A stretch of DNA of 51,406 bases, the filler included, from Porpidia crustulata (taxonomy: Eukaryota), in the NCBI GenBank assembly GCA_964255105.1. It is 3 parts of 3 records of this genome, joined end to end, with 100 filler letters (N's around TTAATTAATTAA, not from the genome) between each part and the next. Parts side by side here need not be neighbours in the genome. Positions count along the whole stretch, not along the records: positions 1 to 17,078 come from CAXUWE010000231.1; 2 more parts are not named here. One strand, given 5' to 3'. The notes beneath the pieces were generated by a model. It saw only the letters and a list, made by a program, of their open reading frames with translations. It had not been told where the DNA came from and did not search any database. Of this stretch, positions 1-13,077 are shown piece after piece. A program made the position numbers and the translations under genes. Positions within the stretch are counted from its first letter, which is position 1. Every line of letters begins with the position of its first letter.

Positions 1-3000
1 CCCCCATCACGCCCCGGTAATACTCCAAGCTCAGCTCCGTCGTCTTCTGCGAGTATCCGTCACGGGTAAGCGGCAAGCGCAGGATTTGAGAACGTTCGAT
101 GTCCTGTGTGTGATTGATTGATTAGCCTCCCCGTCCGGCAACATCCCATCCGTATCCGCAAAGTATGTATGTATAGGAAGACGCAAAAAAAAAAACGTAC
201 CATTTTCGCGCCCGCCTCGCCACTGACCATCCCGGCGACGAGCCCTCCCATCTCCTTGACCGCCACTTTTTCCAGGAATCCCTCTTCGCCCATGCCCCTC
301 GCGCTTCCTTGGCCCTCGCCGAAGCTCGGCAGTGTGCTGACCATGCGCCGCAGCGCCGCGCTTTTTTCCGCGCCTTGGATCCCGCTCACCAAAGATAGAT
401 AATCCGCATACACCTGTCCTCCTGCCGGCCATTCGTCCAGCTGATCTTTCCCTTTGCCGAAGCCGTTGAGGAGGCCCTGCAGCGTGGTGTGATCCTGCTC
501 GACAACGCACCGGGGCGCGACGCTGTGGATCATGGTCTCGTGCGCCGCTTCCCAATTTGCCGCTTGGAGGAGGTAATGGACTTCTTTCGCGTGGTCCTGC
601 AGCACGGAACGCGCATGCAGGGCTTTGGCTTCCCAGATCCAGGCGGCGGGGATTTTGAATTCGGTCGTCAGGGTTCGAAAGGCTGGGGAACTGGGACCCG
701 CGATCTTGGCGGCGTGGTGCGCGAGGATGTCCTGCAGAGCGCGCTGGCGCTGTTCGCGGTCGGAAAGATGAAGCAAGGCGAAGACGGCCCAGAGCCATTC
801 GCCCGCTGCGTCGAGCTGGGTGGCAAAGTCACTGGCGAGGTGGTCTGCTTTCGTGGCGTCGGCGGAGCGTGGAAAACGGAGGGCGAGGGAATGGTAGAGC
901 TGGAAGCTAAGGCGGAAGTCGAGAGGATTTCCGGTGACGTTGTGGGGAAGGACTATATCTGCGATGGATATGGGTTGTAGGGCACCTCCGGAAGAGGCGT
1001 AAAGCTTAAGGATGCCCCAGAGTAGGTCGACGCGTTGAGGGCCTGCTGGATCATTCCATGGGCGATTTGCTGAAGATTGTTCGATAAACCAGGGAACTGG
1101 TTTTTTGCTTTCATCATTGGTGAGGTCTTCGGCGAATGTCTTGACAGCGGCTTCAATGGGTTCTTCGGCGAGAATGGCGTACCAGAGCCGTAGACCGAAA
1201 GTACGTTTCCAATCTAGGTTGAAACGGTCACTGATGGTGAAGGTTCTTGCTCTGTCTTCCAAGGCCCCCTTCTTACCCTCGCAGATGCAAGTATTCCCGG
1301 CAAGCAGTCCGTACAAAGCTCGAATCGGCTCGGTCATTTCAGACAGAACATTCAGTTCTCGCCATTCGTGGATCTGGGCAGCCATGTCTTCGCGCATGAG
1401 ACGATCGCCGCCAAGCTGCGCCACGAGTATGGCTAATCTGAAGTTCCTGCCCTGAGCCAAAGCATCGCAAGCTTCGACGACTTTGTTTGCCGAAAGATAA
1501 GCCAAAGCACGTTCTTCAGCATTTGGAGCTGCAGCCACATCGTTTTCGGCTGCATCTTGACACAACTGTTCCCAGAATCTGCTAAAGCGATCTTTGCGGG
1601 CACGACTGTAGAATTCTGCCATATCTAGGTCCGGCTTGTTTGAAATGCTTTCGGATTCAAATAAGTCAGTCAAAAGAAATATCAAATCCCAAGTGTGTCT
1701 CTCATAGCTAGAGTCCTGCAGTAAGACAGACGCAATGTCCTTTGACGAGATATGTTGCGCTTGTGCCATGGGAACTCCACCATCAAGTACGAACTTAGTG
1801 ACAGTTCGTTGCTTGTTTAGTGTTTCCGGGATGGGCTGGATATAGATTTAGCAGATGTTCTTTGTTGTTGACCGTGACGGTAGTACTGGTGTTCTTACCT
1901 GCGTCGTCACCGCGAACTTTGCGAAGTGGACATCTCGACCTTCCGATACAAAGGTTCCTTTAACATCGTTCATGATGGCATCTGTTTGGGTAGACTTCAT
2001 AGGAAGTAGGTTGACTTTACTTGGCATTGCGTACAGTAATGTGGCTTCTGGGCCCCACGACGGTTTATAAGACTCATGGTATTTCCGATCCATCTCATTC
2101 ATGTCGACTTCGTCAAGGTTGATCGAGGATTTTGTATATGGCCACTAGAAGGAACGTCTACTCAGCTTTGCAATTCTTTCAATTTGATTCTACATACATG
2201 GGTAGAGGCAATTACACAATATTGTCAAAATTTGCAACATGATGAACACCACTACCGTGAAGGGTTAAAAGGAAAGAATCAAACCTCAAAGCCGTTGGTC
2301 TTCTTCTCCGCTTGTTTGGTTCCCAGGCCGCTCCTCCGCACGTGGTCTTGGCCAAAAAGCGAATTCATCAAATCAATGCTCGTCGCAAGTACCTGCCCAG
2401 TGCCGTTTGTCGTATTGTTTGCTTTCGGCGTGTCGTTATCCACGCTTTCTCGTTCATTCATGAGATGTGCCTGACTCTCGCGAAGGGCCAAACGATCCTG
2501 CTTCCTCGGACTAATAGTATTTTGTAGTTGCTGTGCCCATTCGTCGCAGCCATGAAACTCTAGCTTTCCTGGTGTATTGTATCCAGCGTAGCTTTGCTGG
2601 TGAGACCTCATGATCGACTTGGGCGTTGCATTGCCATGCGCGTTGAAGAGCTCAGTATCATCACCGCCTGGGTGGGGAAATGATCCTGCCATTTCCAAAT
2701 CTTCATCAAGCACCGTAAGAGATTGGTCTTGGACACTGTCAGCCGGGTTCTGGATTTCGCTTGGCTCATCTTCACCACTTTCTGAAGGTGAGGCGGCCAA
2801 GCGCTCGTCTAAAAAAGACTGGTCTTGATAGGCGACTCCCTCCATCTCTAGATCATCTTCAAAGGCGGCAGTGTCATCGAAGGCGCCTGGTAGAGCCTTT
2901 TTCTTTCGAAATTCGAACGTGTCATCTGGACTTGAGCTTGTCTGCGATTGATCATGCGAAAGAAAAGAGGAGTCTTGTGCTGATGCACCTGGAGTTGGAA

Positions 3001-6000
3001 TACGATTGATCCTTGGCGTTCGAGAATGTGGCGTTGGTGTATCTGGAGGCTCGCTTAGACCGCCCGTATGTAGGCTATCCCCTTCATTTCCTGTGTCGTC
3101 ATAGTCCAATTCATAAGTGGTGAAATGGGGTACTTTGAAAACCCATGTGCCTGTATCTTTTTCGTATCCTACAAACTCCGTTCCAATGACTTTTCGGAGA
3201 CGGTCAACATGCTTCTGGAAGCGCGGGCCACTCTTTTCATGGGAGGGCGTCTTCCGATCTTTCTGCCTTGGCCAGGAATTCTCTAGATAAATGGTGGATG
3301 GAACATTGAGACCCTTGCCAATGGGTGGTTTCTGATCTGATTCTGGATACACTGTGAGGGAGCGGGTGACGATCACAGCGATCTTACCAAAAATGCCGTT
3401 CAGATCGACGGTTGTCAGATCTACAGGTTCGTCGAATACGACACGACCGCACCCTTCGCGACCAACGCAAAACGATGTCATACTCTTCAGCTGCTGCTTA
3501 GGCATTTTATTAAGCTCTTCTCGCGAGGGGATCATGTAATACGCTCCTGGCTGTGAATCGGCTTGCGGGACTTGTGAGTGGGGTGGAAGAGCTGAAGTGG
3601 CCGGTATTTCTGGAGCGCCATCCTCATGTACGATGGCGAGCTCATTGCCTTTCACTTGCTCCATCTCAGGCTGTGGTGGAGCTCCGTTTGCCCGAGATCC
3701 GTTAGGTCTGCCATTTGGACGCGATGAGGATCTGAGGAAACCCTGCTCTTGGGCGGTTGGGTGCGAGTCGCTATTTGTACTACCATTGATACCGTTCATG
3801 TCGGTATTTGGCCCAGTCCCATTACCACCAATAGTACTAGCATCAAAGCTGACCTTTTTCTTTAAAATACCCGGCTGCCGAGATTGATCGTACTTCTCAG
3901 CGCTTGGAGCTGACGCAACGTCTTGGGTACCGAATAAGTCTGTTCGAAGGCTGCGATCAATGGTCAATTTCTTCAAACTTCCTGAATTTGATCCTGTGCG
4001 CGAGCTGCCGGCTGAAAACGCGCCGGGCGTGAGGATACTCTCTCGATCATGATCAAATGTTCGCCGAAGATTGCTTGTTGACAGACTCTTACCGAGGCCT
4101 CGTCCAATACTACCGTAGAGCAGACTGCTACCGAAGCCACCAGGAGTGCTGACATTACTCGAAACGCTGGATGGTGTTCCGTAGGTCGAATATGAGAATC
4201 CATAACCTCGTTTCTGTGGAGTCGCAAGTCGAGAGGCGGTATTGGGGTTAATCTTATAATGCGGCAGGATTGCGCTTTTCCTCATCTTATTACCTGTGTT
4301 AATGGGAGTTGCAAGAGGACCCGGATTGGATTGTGGTGGCGGTGGGAGACCGTCGAAAATCGATGCGCTGCCGTATGGATAACGATCTGTCAAAGACGCC
4401 GTCATAGTCTGAGGAGGTTGCAATGCGTTCTGCTGCTGTTGGGTGTTGCCGAAAAGACTGGATGCATTGTTCGAATTGCCAAAAAGACTGTTGGATTGCG
4501 GTTGCTGATTGTTTGACCCCAGGCCCCCAAAGAGAGAATTGGCAGCTGGCTGCTGAGCATTGTTGTTGGTGCCATTACCGAATAAGCTACTCCCGGTCGC
4601 TGCGTTGGTATTGCCGAACAGTCCTCCACCAGGCTTTTGCTGTGACTGATTGGCAGCTCCGAAGAGTCCCCCTCCAGCGTTTTGCTGAGTCTGATTGTTG
4701 TTATTGTTATTATTGGTACCCCCGAAGCCTCCAAAGAGACCAGTAGCTGCGTTATTTGTATTACTCGGGCCACTGCCAAATAGTCCAGTGCCCGCAGTGG
4801 TAGGCTTAGATGTACCGAAGAGTGAGGTTGTTGTGGGCTGGTTACTAGCCCCAAAGAGGCCTCCATTGGACGGCTGTTGTTGGCCATTAGCTTGGGTGTT
4901 GGAGCCAAATAGGCTGCCGCTCGTATTGTTCGCCGCCGTATTAGTCGCGCCGAACAGACCTCCCGGCTTTTGCTGTTGTCCACCAAAACCAGCAAAACCA
5001 GAGCCCGCCGGCGCCTGGGTTTGATTCTGCTGGTTGGAACCAAAAGCGCCGAAGGTATTCGTTGTTGCCGCAGGCTGCTGCTGCCCACCTCCGAACGCGG
5101 AGGGCGTTGAATTAGAGCCGAACAAGCCACCACCAGTATTGTTGGAAGTAGTAGCTGCTCCAAATCCTGCTCCAGACCCACCTCCCCCAAAGCTAGTACC
5201 TGAATTTCCACCTCCAAAAGGGAACCCGGAGGCCGGTTTCTGCTGTTGTGCATTACCACCAAACAGGCTTCCACCCGTACCAAATCCGGTGCCTGTGTTT
5301 TGTGCTCCACCGAAACCAGATTGCCCAGCAGTACCAAAGAGACCACCTGTTGTTTGGGATGTACTTGCAGGGGTAGCTCCAAATAGTCCAGGCGCAGCTG
5401 GCTTTTGGCCGAAGAGACTACCCCCACCAAATCCGGCACTCGCCGTTTGAGCAGCACCGAAAGGAGAAGCTGTGCTCGTAGGTTGACTCCCAAAAAGCCC
5501 TCCGCCTGTTTGTGCTGCGCCAAAAGGTCCAGACGAAGGTTGTTGGGCTCCAAAGCTACCAAATCCGCTACTGGTACCAAACGCTCCAGGCTGGCCGCTC
5601 GCATTACCGAAACGTCGGCCTTGGTTATAATCTGCAAGCCTCAGCTCCTACGATATATCAGCATTCGTTCTCACGGCCCGAACCGGAAAGACTTACTTCG
5701 AAAGAGAAGCTCTGGTAAGGCTGCATAAAACTAACGCTCTGAAAGTGATTGGTCTGATTGCCTGTGCCTTCTTTCTCGGTGAACGCCTGGAATGGAGTAC
5801 TGCCAGTGCCCTGGCATTCTGCGTTGGTGGTACTAAGGGCAGAGCTTACAGGCGCACCAAAAGCGCTAGTTGGCTGATTTGTCTGCGTTCCGAACCCTCC
5901 AGAACCCCCAAACAGACTCCCTCCAGAAGAGCTCTGGGCGCCGCCGAATGCTGGTTTATTAGCTGCACCAAAGAGGCCGCCAGGTGCATTGCTGGTAGTA

Positions 6001-6652
6001 TTCGATCCGAAGGCGCCAAACGTTGAGCTGCCAGCATTTGGCGTGCTGCCGAATAACGAGCCGCCTGTAGTGGTTCCAGCGCCGAATGCAGGTTTTGTGG
6101 CACCGAAAGGGGTAGGGTTAGAACCAGAGGCTCCGAAACCAGAACCTGATGACAACATTTAGCCGTTAATTCATTGATAGAGTAGAGAAACTCGAATTGA
6201 TTCGAGCATTTTTTGGCAAAGCTAGAAAAAACGGAACCACTACAGCGGATTTGAATAATCCACCATGGTCAATGAAATATGCGCAAGCTCCGATACACGG
6301 TCAAATTTCGTGACCGATACTACAAAGCCAATATTATAGACAGAAGGATGAGAGAAGCCTACCTGAAGTTCCAAAGCCAGTATTGGTGCCGCCAAACAAG
6401 CCACCAGCACTGTTCGACGTACTGCCAAAACCAGTATTTTGAGGCTGGCCAAAGCCTATAGGTAGTGAAGCCGCTCGAGTCAGCCTTTGAAGTCATATGC
6501 GTCCCACATGTAGTCGAATATCCAACATGGCGCAAGGTAATGGTCGCGACCCAAAGACCTGATGGAAACATACCTGATCCCGTATTGCTATTTGTGCCGA
6601 AGCCCCCAAAGCCCGTTCCCTGCTGTTGATTATTATTCTGTTGGCCAAACAT
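1..6652 (-). CDS. NUP98: Nucleoporin Nup98-Nup96 precursor (Nup145/Nup189/SonB orthologue); multi-exon, 3' end runs off the window
   Basis: N-terminal GLFG/FG repeats; GLEBS-like segment (GTGSTPFQAFTEKE...HFQSVSFMQPYQSFSFE); autopeptidase domain ending FKVPHF-TTY; Nup96 domain (LDWKRTFGLRLWY, KIPAAWIWEAKAL). GT-AG introns join the ORF pieces, and the last exon (DIERSQILRLPL...) reaches position 1 without a stop. Confidence 0.97.
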
Positions 6653-7247
6653 GATGCACGACTTCTCCTAGACAACGGCGAAATCAATCGAGGAGGTGAT
6701 CTTGTCAAATTGAAAGCGCATCAATCTTTCGGAGGGCGCAGTATGAGCGAACAATTCTAATTAATAATGCGCCAACGAAACGAATACCAAGGATAAACTC
6801 AGGCTACGTGAAGGGGCCCTTCTTTAGACCTCCATTCAGCGTAATCAGAGAGAGGAAATATTTCGAGTGGAACAGGCCGGTCCAAAGTTTGAGGTAGCGA
6901 ACGCGTAGAAGATAATGTTGTAGGTAGGTAAAAGTGGTGGAGTATGCCGTTGCTAGGTTCATAGGGCTGCTAGCTGGACTGAAATATTCAGTCATGTAGT
7001 GAATGTTTAGGCATCAACACCCGAGTCTGCCTATTCGGATTTCTCTACTACCAATTATGACTCCTACAATTGCACAAATTGATATAAAAATGGCTCAAAT
7101 TTTGTCATATGATAGAATCACAAGGATACACAGATTGCTAGTACTTCTGACTAATGACCTTTGACTGATGCCTAATCCCTTTTCAGAATCTGAACGGCTG
7201 CCTTCGAGCTCTGAGACCATATTGAAAAACATGCACCTATCACCCAT

Positions 7248-8349
7248 CTACCAAGGCAACTGCAAAGGAGTCGAAAGCCCCTTGCCTAGAACGGGTTCGG
7301 CAGTGCCAATGTCCCTTTCAGATCTGCATCAGACAAGACACAGGTACAAGGTCCTGAGGTTCGCTCACCTTGGCCCACGAGGTGCCCAATATTCTCCAGT
7401 CTTGCTAATATTGAAATTGGCGATGAAATCAACCAAAGACTTAGCCGCCACTTCAGGTGTGACAGCTGAGGTGTCATTGTTAGATGAGATTTGACTCAGG
7501 TGTTAAGCTTCAATTAACAGGATTACACATACCGCCGCCGTCATCCCAGAACTTATCAAAACCGACCCCTTTTGTCATTTCTGTTCGCATAAATCCTGGC
7601 TAAAAAATCATTAGCGGACGTTTAAGGTGTTGACTTTTAGAGACCCACATGTACTGTGCTGACGGCAATGCCCTTCTCCTTTAGATCTAAGCTAAGGAGC
7701 TTCCCCACCATCTGTACTTAGTCTCAGATTAATTATTTCCTAAAAATTTGTGAATAAAGGCTGATGGTAGTCTCGGCTTTCAGATATTTTGGAAGGAAAG
7801 CCCAATTTGTCTGAGACTTGTGCCTAAGTATCCCATACGAGAATTCAGGGGAGATAGAAGAACCCGGACTCTGCGCACATTCAGAGCGCTCTTACTAGCG
7901 TGATGCCCATAGTTGCCACCGCCTTCGCTCTCATGTCTCAATGTAATGCTGCCGCTCTCAGAACTGACTAGTATGATCTTGGCTGCCTTGGCTATCAAAC
8001 CTGCTTTGACCAGGTGATGACAGATGAATACAGGTGCGATACTACTTGTAGTGTACATCTTTACCTCTTCTTGCCACGATGGCTCATCGAAGGTCTCTGT
8101 TGCAAAGTAGCCGGCTGTGATGATGACTATGTCCAGAATTGCTCCAGATGCTTTGATTTGAGAAGCTAATTCTTGCCCGGCCGTCTCCTCAGAAATGTCA
8201 ATTCCTGGAATGTAAGTCACACGGGAGATGGAAGCTGGGGCTGCGGATCGACTCGTAGCAAAGACAAAGTTACTGTCGAGTGCTGCATATTCTTTCACGA
8301 GAGAAGCGCCTAAGCCTCTTGTGGCTCCCACAACCAGGACCTTGGGCAT
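7248..8349 (-). CDS. Short-chain dehydrogenase/reductase (C-factor/CsgA-like), 5 exons
   Basis: Rossmann motif VVGATRGLG; NYGHHASKSALN|MVGKLLSLDL; HPGFMRTEMT; spliced C-terminus ...PLQLPW* with stop at 7248-7250. Confidence 0.9.
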
Positions 8350-8644
8350 CTTGGCTTCGTTATCCCGACAGGCCGAAAGATGTTTTGGTGATAGGTGGAT
8401 CTTCAATTGACAAAGATTACCAGGCGAAGATGAATAGCATTAAATCTAAGCTTTGAGGTGATCGATAACACTGCACCTTTGACATTTTGGGAAACGTCAC
8501 GTTGCATAAAAAACGGGCCGAACCGAATCGCAAGAACGCGTCGCGTATCCTTGGGTCTATGGCTGCATGGGTCCCCCTCCTACGATCAGTCACTACAAAA
8601 GTTCGAAATCTGTATAAACACGCATACCCTAAAATCCTGCAATT

Positions 8645-9360
8645 ATGGCAGCTTCAGCGCATTCTGCCTTTCCTCCGAGAACTTATGGCACAAATCAATT
8701 AGGGAAAATGCCAGACCGATCCCTCGGAGGGCCCTTTGGGGCATCGACGACACAGCAGGCGCGTGAAGCTCAACGAAAAGAAAGTGAACGCGAAAGGGCT
8801 GAGAAGGAGCGTATGGAGCGCGAAAAGCTAAATGGCCTTACGGAGGAGCAGAGAGAAGAAATTAAGGAGGCTGTGCGGTGACCACCTCATTGGTATCGGA
8901 ATGAATACTAATATTACGATATGCGTAGTTTACGCTATTCGACCTCGACAAAGACCAGAAGATCGATTATCATGAGCTCAAAGTTGCTATGAAAGCCCTC
9001 GGCTTTGATCTACCTAAATCAGACATCCTTTCTATTCTCCAGATGTACGGAACACCCTCCGACTCGCCATCTGCCAATGCACCTCATCAAAGCCGCCTAC
9101 TACTTTCATTCGCACAATTTCAAATCATCATGGCCGAGCGTATATCAGACCGGGATCCAGCGGATGAGATCCTGAGAGCCTTTGAGCTTTTTGATGAGGG
9201 CGGAAAGGGAAAAATCAATCTTCAAGATCTAAGGCGGGTGGCACGAGAGTTGGGCGAGGGTTTGGAGGAAGAGGAGCTAGCAGCTATGATCGATGAGTTT
9301 GATATGGACGGGGATGGGGCTATCAGCAAAGAGGAGTTTCTTGGAATATGCTTGCAATAA
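8645..9360 (+). CDS. CDC31: Centrin (EF-hand spindle pole body protein)
   Basis: [38 protein letters not shown]...[14 protein letters not shown]...[18 protein letters not shown]; one intron ending at 8928. Confidence 0.95.
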
Positions 9361-9650
9361 TGACTTATCTAGGCAAAAGGAAACCCTTGCAAATAGGAGG
9401 TATGATGGTTTTATGCATGGCGGATGGGCGTCTCAATTAACCTATGAGACGCCTGTTGAGCCAGGAGGATCTTTTGTTCGGCGTCTCGGTATTTTTTACT
9501 TACTTATTGCACAAGCCGGATAAGGGTCTCAGCCCCTCGCGAGTGCATGACTAATCACTACCCGCGATCTCGAGCTCCAATTCTTCAAGTTGCTTCTTCC
9601 ATTAAAACTTATTTTGCATACGTGGATTATTACACTCTCTTCGACTATTC

Positions 9651-11328
9651 ATGGCGCCCAGTCTGGTGCACCTACCCAATGGCCAGACAATGACAGTCTC
9701 TCCCATTTTTGGGGGGCTGTCTTTCAAGGCCAACGATCTTAACATCCACCATTCAATCTTCCCACCTGGCTGGACCATTATCCTCGAGAGCGAAGACGGC
9801 GATGAGGATCTAGACGACCATAATGCGACGAGCCAGCCTAAAAAGCATCAGACTCATCGTTACCGGATGCCGACTCTCAACAGAGACAATCTCTTTATAT
9901 CCTCCATCTCCAATCCAAGTAGTACCGACTTCAAGCCTGCGACCTCTCCTACACGGCAGACTGCTATGATGCTGTGGGCGACCTTGTGGTGGTATTTTCA
10001 CCAGGTACTTATACAAAATGATCTAGCAAATCTCCAGCTGATTTTGGAAGCAAGCCTAAACCGAACCCTCATCTCAGCGCCGGTATCAGCTCCAAGGTAC
10101 CAGAGGAAGCCAGACCAAAGGGCGAGTGGAGAATCAATATCAAACGAGAAGGAATCTTCAAGGGAAGACATCTATTGCAGAAGCTTGAGCGCATGGGTCT
10201 TATAAGCAGTGAGGATTCCTGTGTGGGAACAAACACCGACGAAAGAAGTGGAGAAGGCTGGACGGAGATGTTCATCAGTCAAAGATCGTTTTGGCAGTTA
10301 GACCCGCGGATATTTCTTTTTACGCTTTCACCCACCATGAATTCACCTTTCCCAGGTAGCTCGCCATTTCCGTCGCGGCCAAGCTCGCCTAATAGGGAAG
10401 GCAATGTATCGCCTAGACCTGATCTTCACGGAGATATGTCGCACGGATTGTGGTCGCCACATTCTCCAGGACCTTTTGCCTCTGGAAGCCATCTTCCAAC
10501 GTACTTCCCTCCGCCGCCACCGCAGTATACGTACACAAACTCCATCAGACATCCTATCCGGCCAAAACCCCCAGCCCAAGGCGAAACATTCTATACACGT
10601 TATATTCCCAGCCTCGGTCAGTACCTGTCATTCAGGACGGCCTCGTTATCCTCGAAGTCTCCCACCTACCGTGGGCCTGTGTCCGATCCTACACCCTCCT
10701 TTCTTCCTCCGAACTCGGGTGTTGCATCTGCCGGATTACCTTCTCTTGGTAATTTGAACATCTGTCCGTGCGACACTGAGCTTTTGCACACCTGGATGAA
10801 CGAGCCCCGTGTCTCCGCTGCCTGGGGCGCTTCTGGCCCCCTCGCCGTTCAGGAGGCATTCCTCAAATCGGCTCTGAAAAGTAAACACAGTTTTCCTACC
10901 ATCGGCTGTTGGGACGGAAAGCCGTTTGGATACTTTGAACTATATTGGGTAAAAGAAGATCAGCTTGGACGGTTCGTTACCGGTACAGAAATCGGCGACT
11001 GGGATCGAGGTTTTCACGCTCTAGTAGGCGAACAGGAATTCAGAGGTGAGCACAGAGTCAAGGTCTGGCTTAGTGCACTGGTTCACTATCTCTGGTTGGC
11101 GGATCCGAGGACGGAAAGAGTGCTGGTCGAGCCGAGAGTGGACAACCAAAAGTGAGTCATGTTCAACGCCAATATCTACGTGTTGCTAAGAGCTAACGAC
11201 ACCTTGACAGATTCATATCTTACCTACATACTGTGGGATTCTATAAGAAAAGGGAAATCGCTTTTCCTTTCAAACAGGCCGTGCTTATGAAAATAGCCCG
11301 AGAGTCCTGGGATGCGCCAGCGCTCTGA
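9651..11328 (+). CDS. GNAT N5-hydroxyornithine/N6-hydroxylysine acyltransferase (SidL/IucB-AlcB-like), 3 exons
   Basis: [59 protein letters not shown]|..[14 protein letters not shown] are typical of the siderophore acyltransferase domain. Confidence 0.88.
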
Positions 11329-13077
11329 GAGGTAAGCCTCGGATCCTCGATCACCACCTCTTTCGAGCCTTGCTGAGACCTGGTTTGGATTTTCGTGGCT
11401 GCTTATGTAAAGGTCCACCTCTCAACCCAAATTATGTACAAACTGCACTGTCTTCTGATGCTGATTTATGCATACGATATCCAAGTTTCTCATGATTAGT
11501 CCTATTCTCGTCCATAGCTCGATTAACCTCTGGACTTGAAGTGAATATGCGCGGTTGGATAGAAACTCTAAGTAGATATAAACTTTTGACTAGGTACACA
11601 ATGCATACAAGCTGACGATATTTTGCAATCTCTTCCTTTTCAAGTTCTCCGATGCAGCCATCTACAATTTTGTGATTAAAGCTCATGGACTCCACTGTCT
11701 GCATCCGAATATTTGGAGAGAATACTGAGAAAGGTCTACACTGTTCTCGTAAAGCTAGGGGCTCTCATTTGTCTTTTCATCTCCCAGCCGGCCCAAGCAG
11801 TCTCATCTACAGCTTCGAATTCTGCCAGTTCCAGCGGTTGGTCAGGGTGTCTCCTGTGGAAGAATTGCTGTCATATTTCAGTTGTACTGGCGATATAGGT
11901 GTTGATAGATTGGATTCGGAACACTCAGCTGCCTGCTTTGAGCAAGGAGAATGACGAGGGCGTCTTCCGTTGGTGCTACAGGCGTCTTGAGAGCACTTTG
12001 AAGAACAACAGTTTTAAAGTCTTGGCCCATTCATTCAACCTGCATCTACACCAAATTGACTAATTTGCCGTCAATTAATGCTCAATTAAGGATGCACGTC
12101 ACCATTTCTCCTGTTCACAGTTGGAAACATTCTGTTTAGGTCATTCATTCTTACGGACTCTCACCGAGCAGTAAGATTCAATCCACGTGCAACCTACGCA
12201 GAATTTGGCTTCGGCTCCGATGAAGCGCAATTCGCTGACTAGCATCGAGATTCTCTGTTCTTCGGTGCCATCAAAACGACAACAATATACACGGCAATGA
12301 CTTGGATGAGGCTGAGATCAGGCCGGAAAGTTCTCACCGCAATCCAAAAAGTGATGTCGAGTCATGGGTGGAATGTATTTCGTAGATTTATTGTTAGTAT
12401 GCAAAGCTATTTCTCGCCAATGGCATAGGTCTTGTCTACGAAACAGATAGATTACCAGGTCCTCTACGAATAGGAAGGGCTCTTTACTCTTCAATTGTAT
12501 CGCAACTAGGATTAAAAAAGATTCCATCGTCTACTCGGCAGGAGGTGGTTTTAGGACTTGCCAAGGTTGCCAATTCGCCATGTAGTTGATTCCAGTGTTC
12601 TCCATGGATGTGAAGTCTATCGGTCTATACAGTGCAGTTGGTGACGAAGTTGTATGATGAGCACTGAGTTCGAATCAAATGGGTATATGAAGGCCATGGA
12701 ATGCGCCGCTTCTGTGCCACTGTCTCTTGATAATAAGCCTCCGAAACGGCCTTAGGACAAGATTCTTGAGACGTGCGCGTTGCAACGGTATTCCCAGAGG
12801 CTGTCTGTTCCAACGTATAGTCCAAGTCGTAAATCATTATCCCTGGGTGACCTCCTCTTGTCGAGAAGATATCTGGTAACACTTTATTTCTTCAGCCTTG
12901 TGAGATTAATCAGCGAGAGGGCCAGGCTGAGCGTGTAGGGAAAGGTAGCTTTGATTCGTTGAATTGTCGATGATAGCCTGACCTATCATTCTCTGACGGC
13001 AGCCTAGAGTCCGATATATCTACCTCGAAGCTCAACTGCTGGATCGACGATGCGGCTATATTCAAGCATGCAGCAAC

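Noticed and set aside
4380..6652. Dense short repeats and long overlapping ORFs
   Set aside because: Explained by FG/GLFG repeat coding in Nup98; the overlapping ORFs are shadows.
11700..12890. Short protein-like minus-strand frames broken by stops
   Set aside because: Possibly a gene relic, but no family is recognisable, so I cannot support a call.
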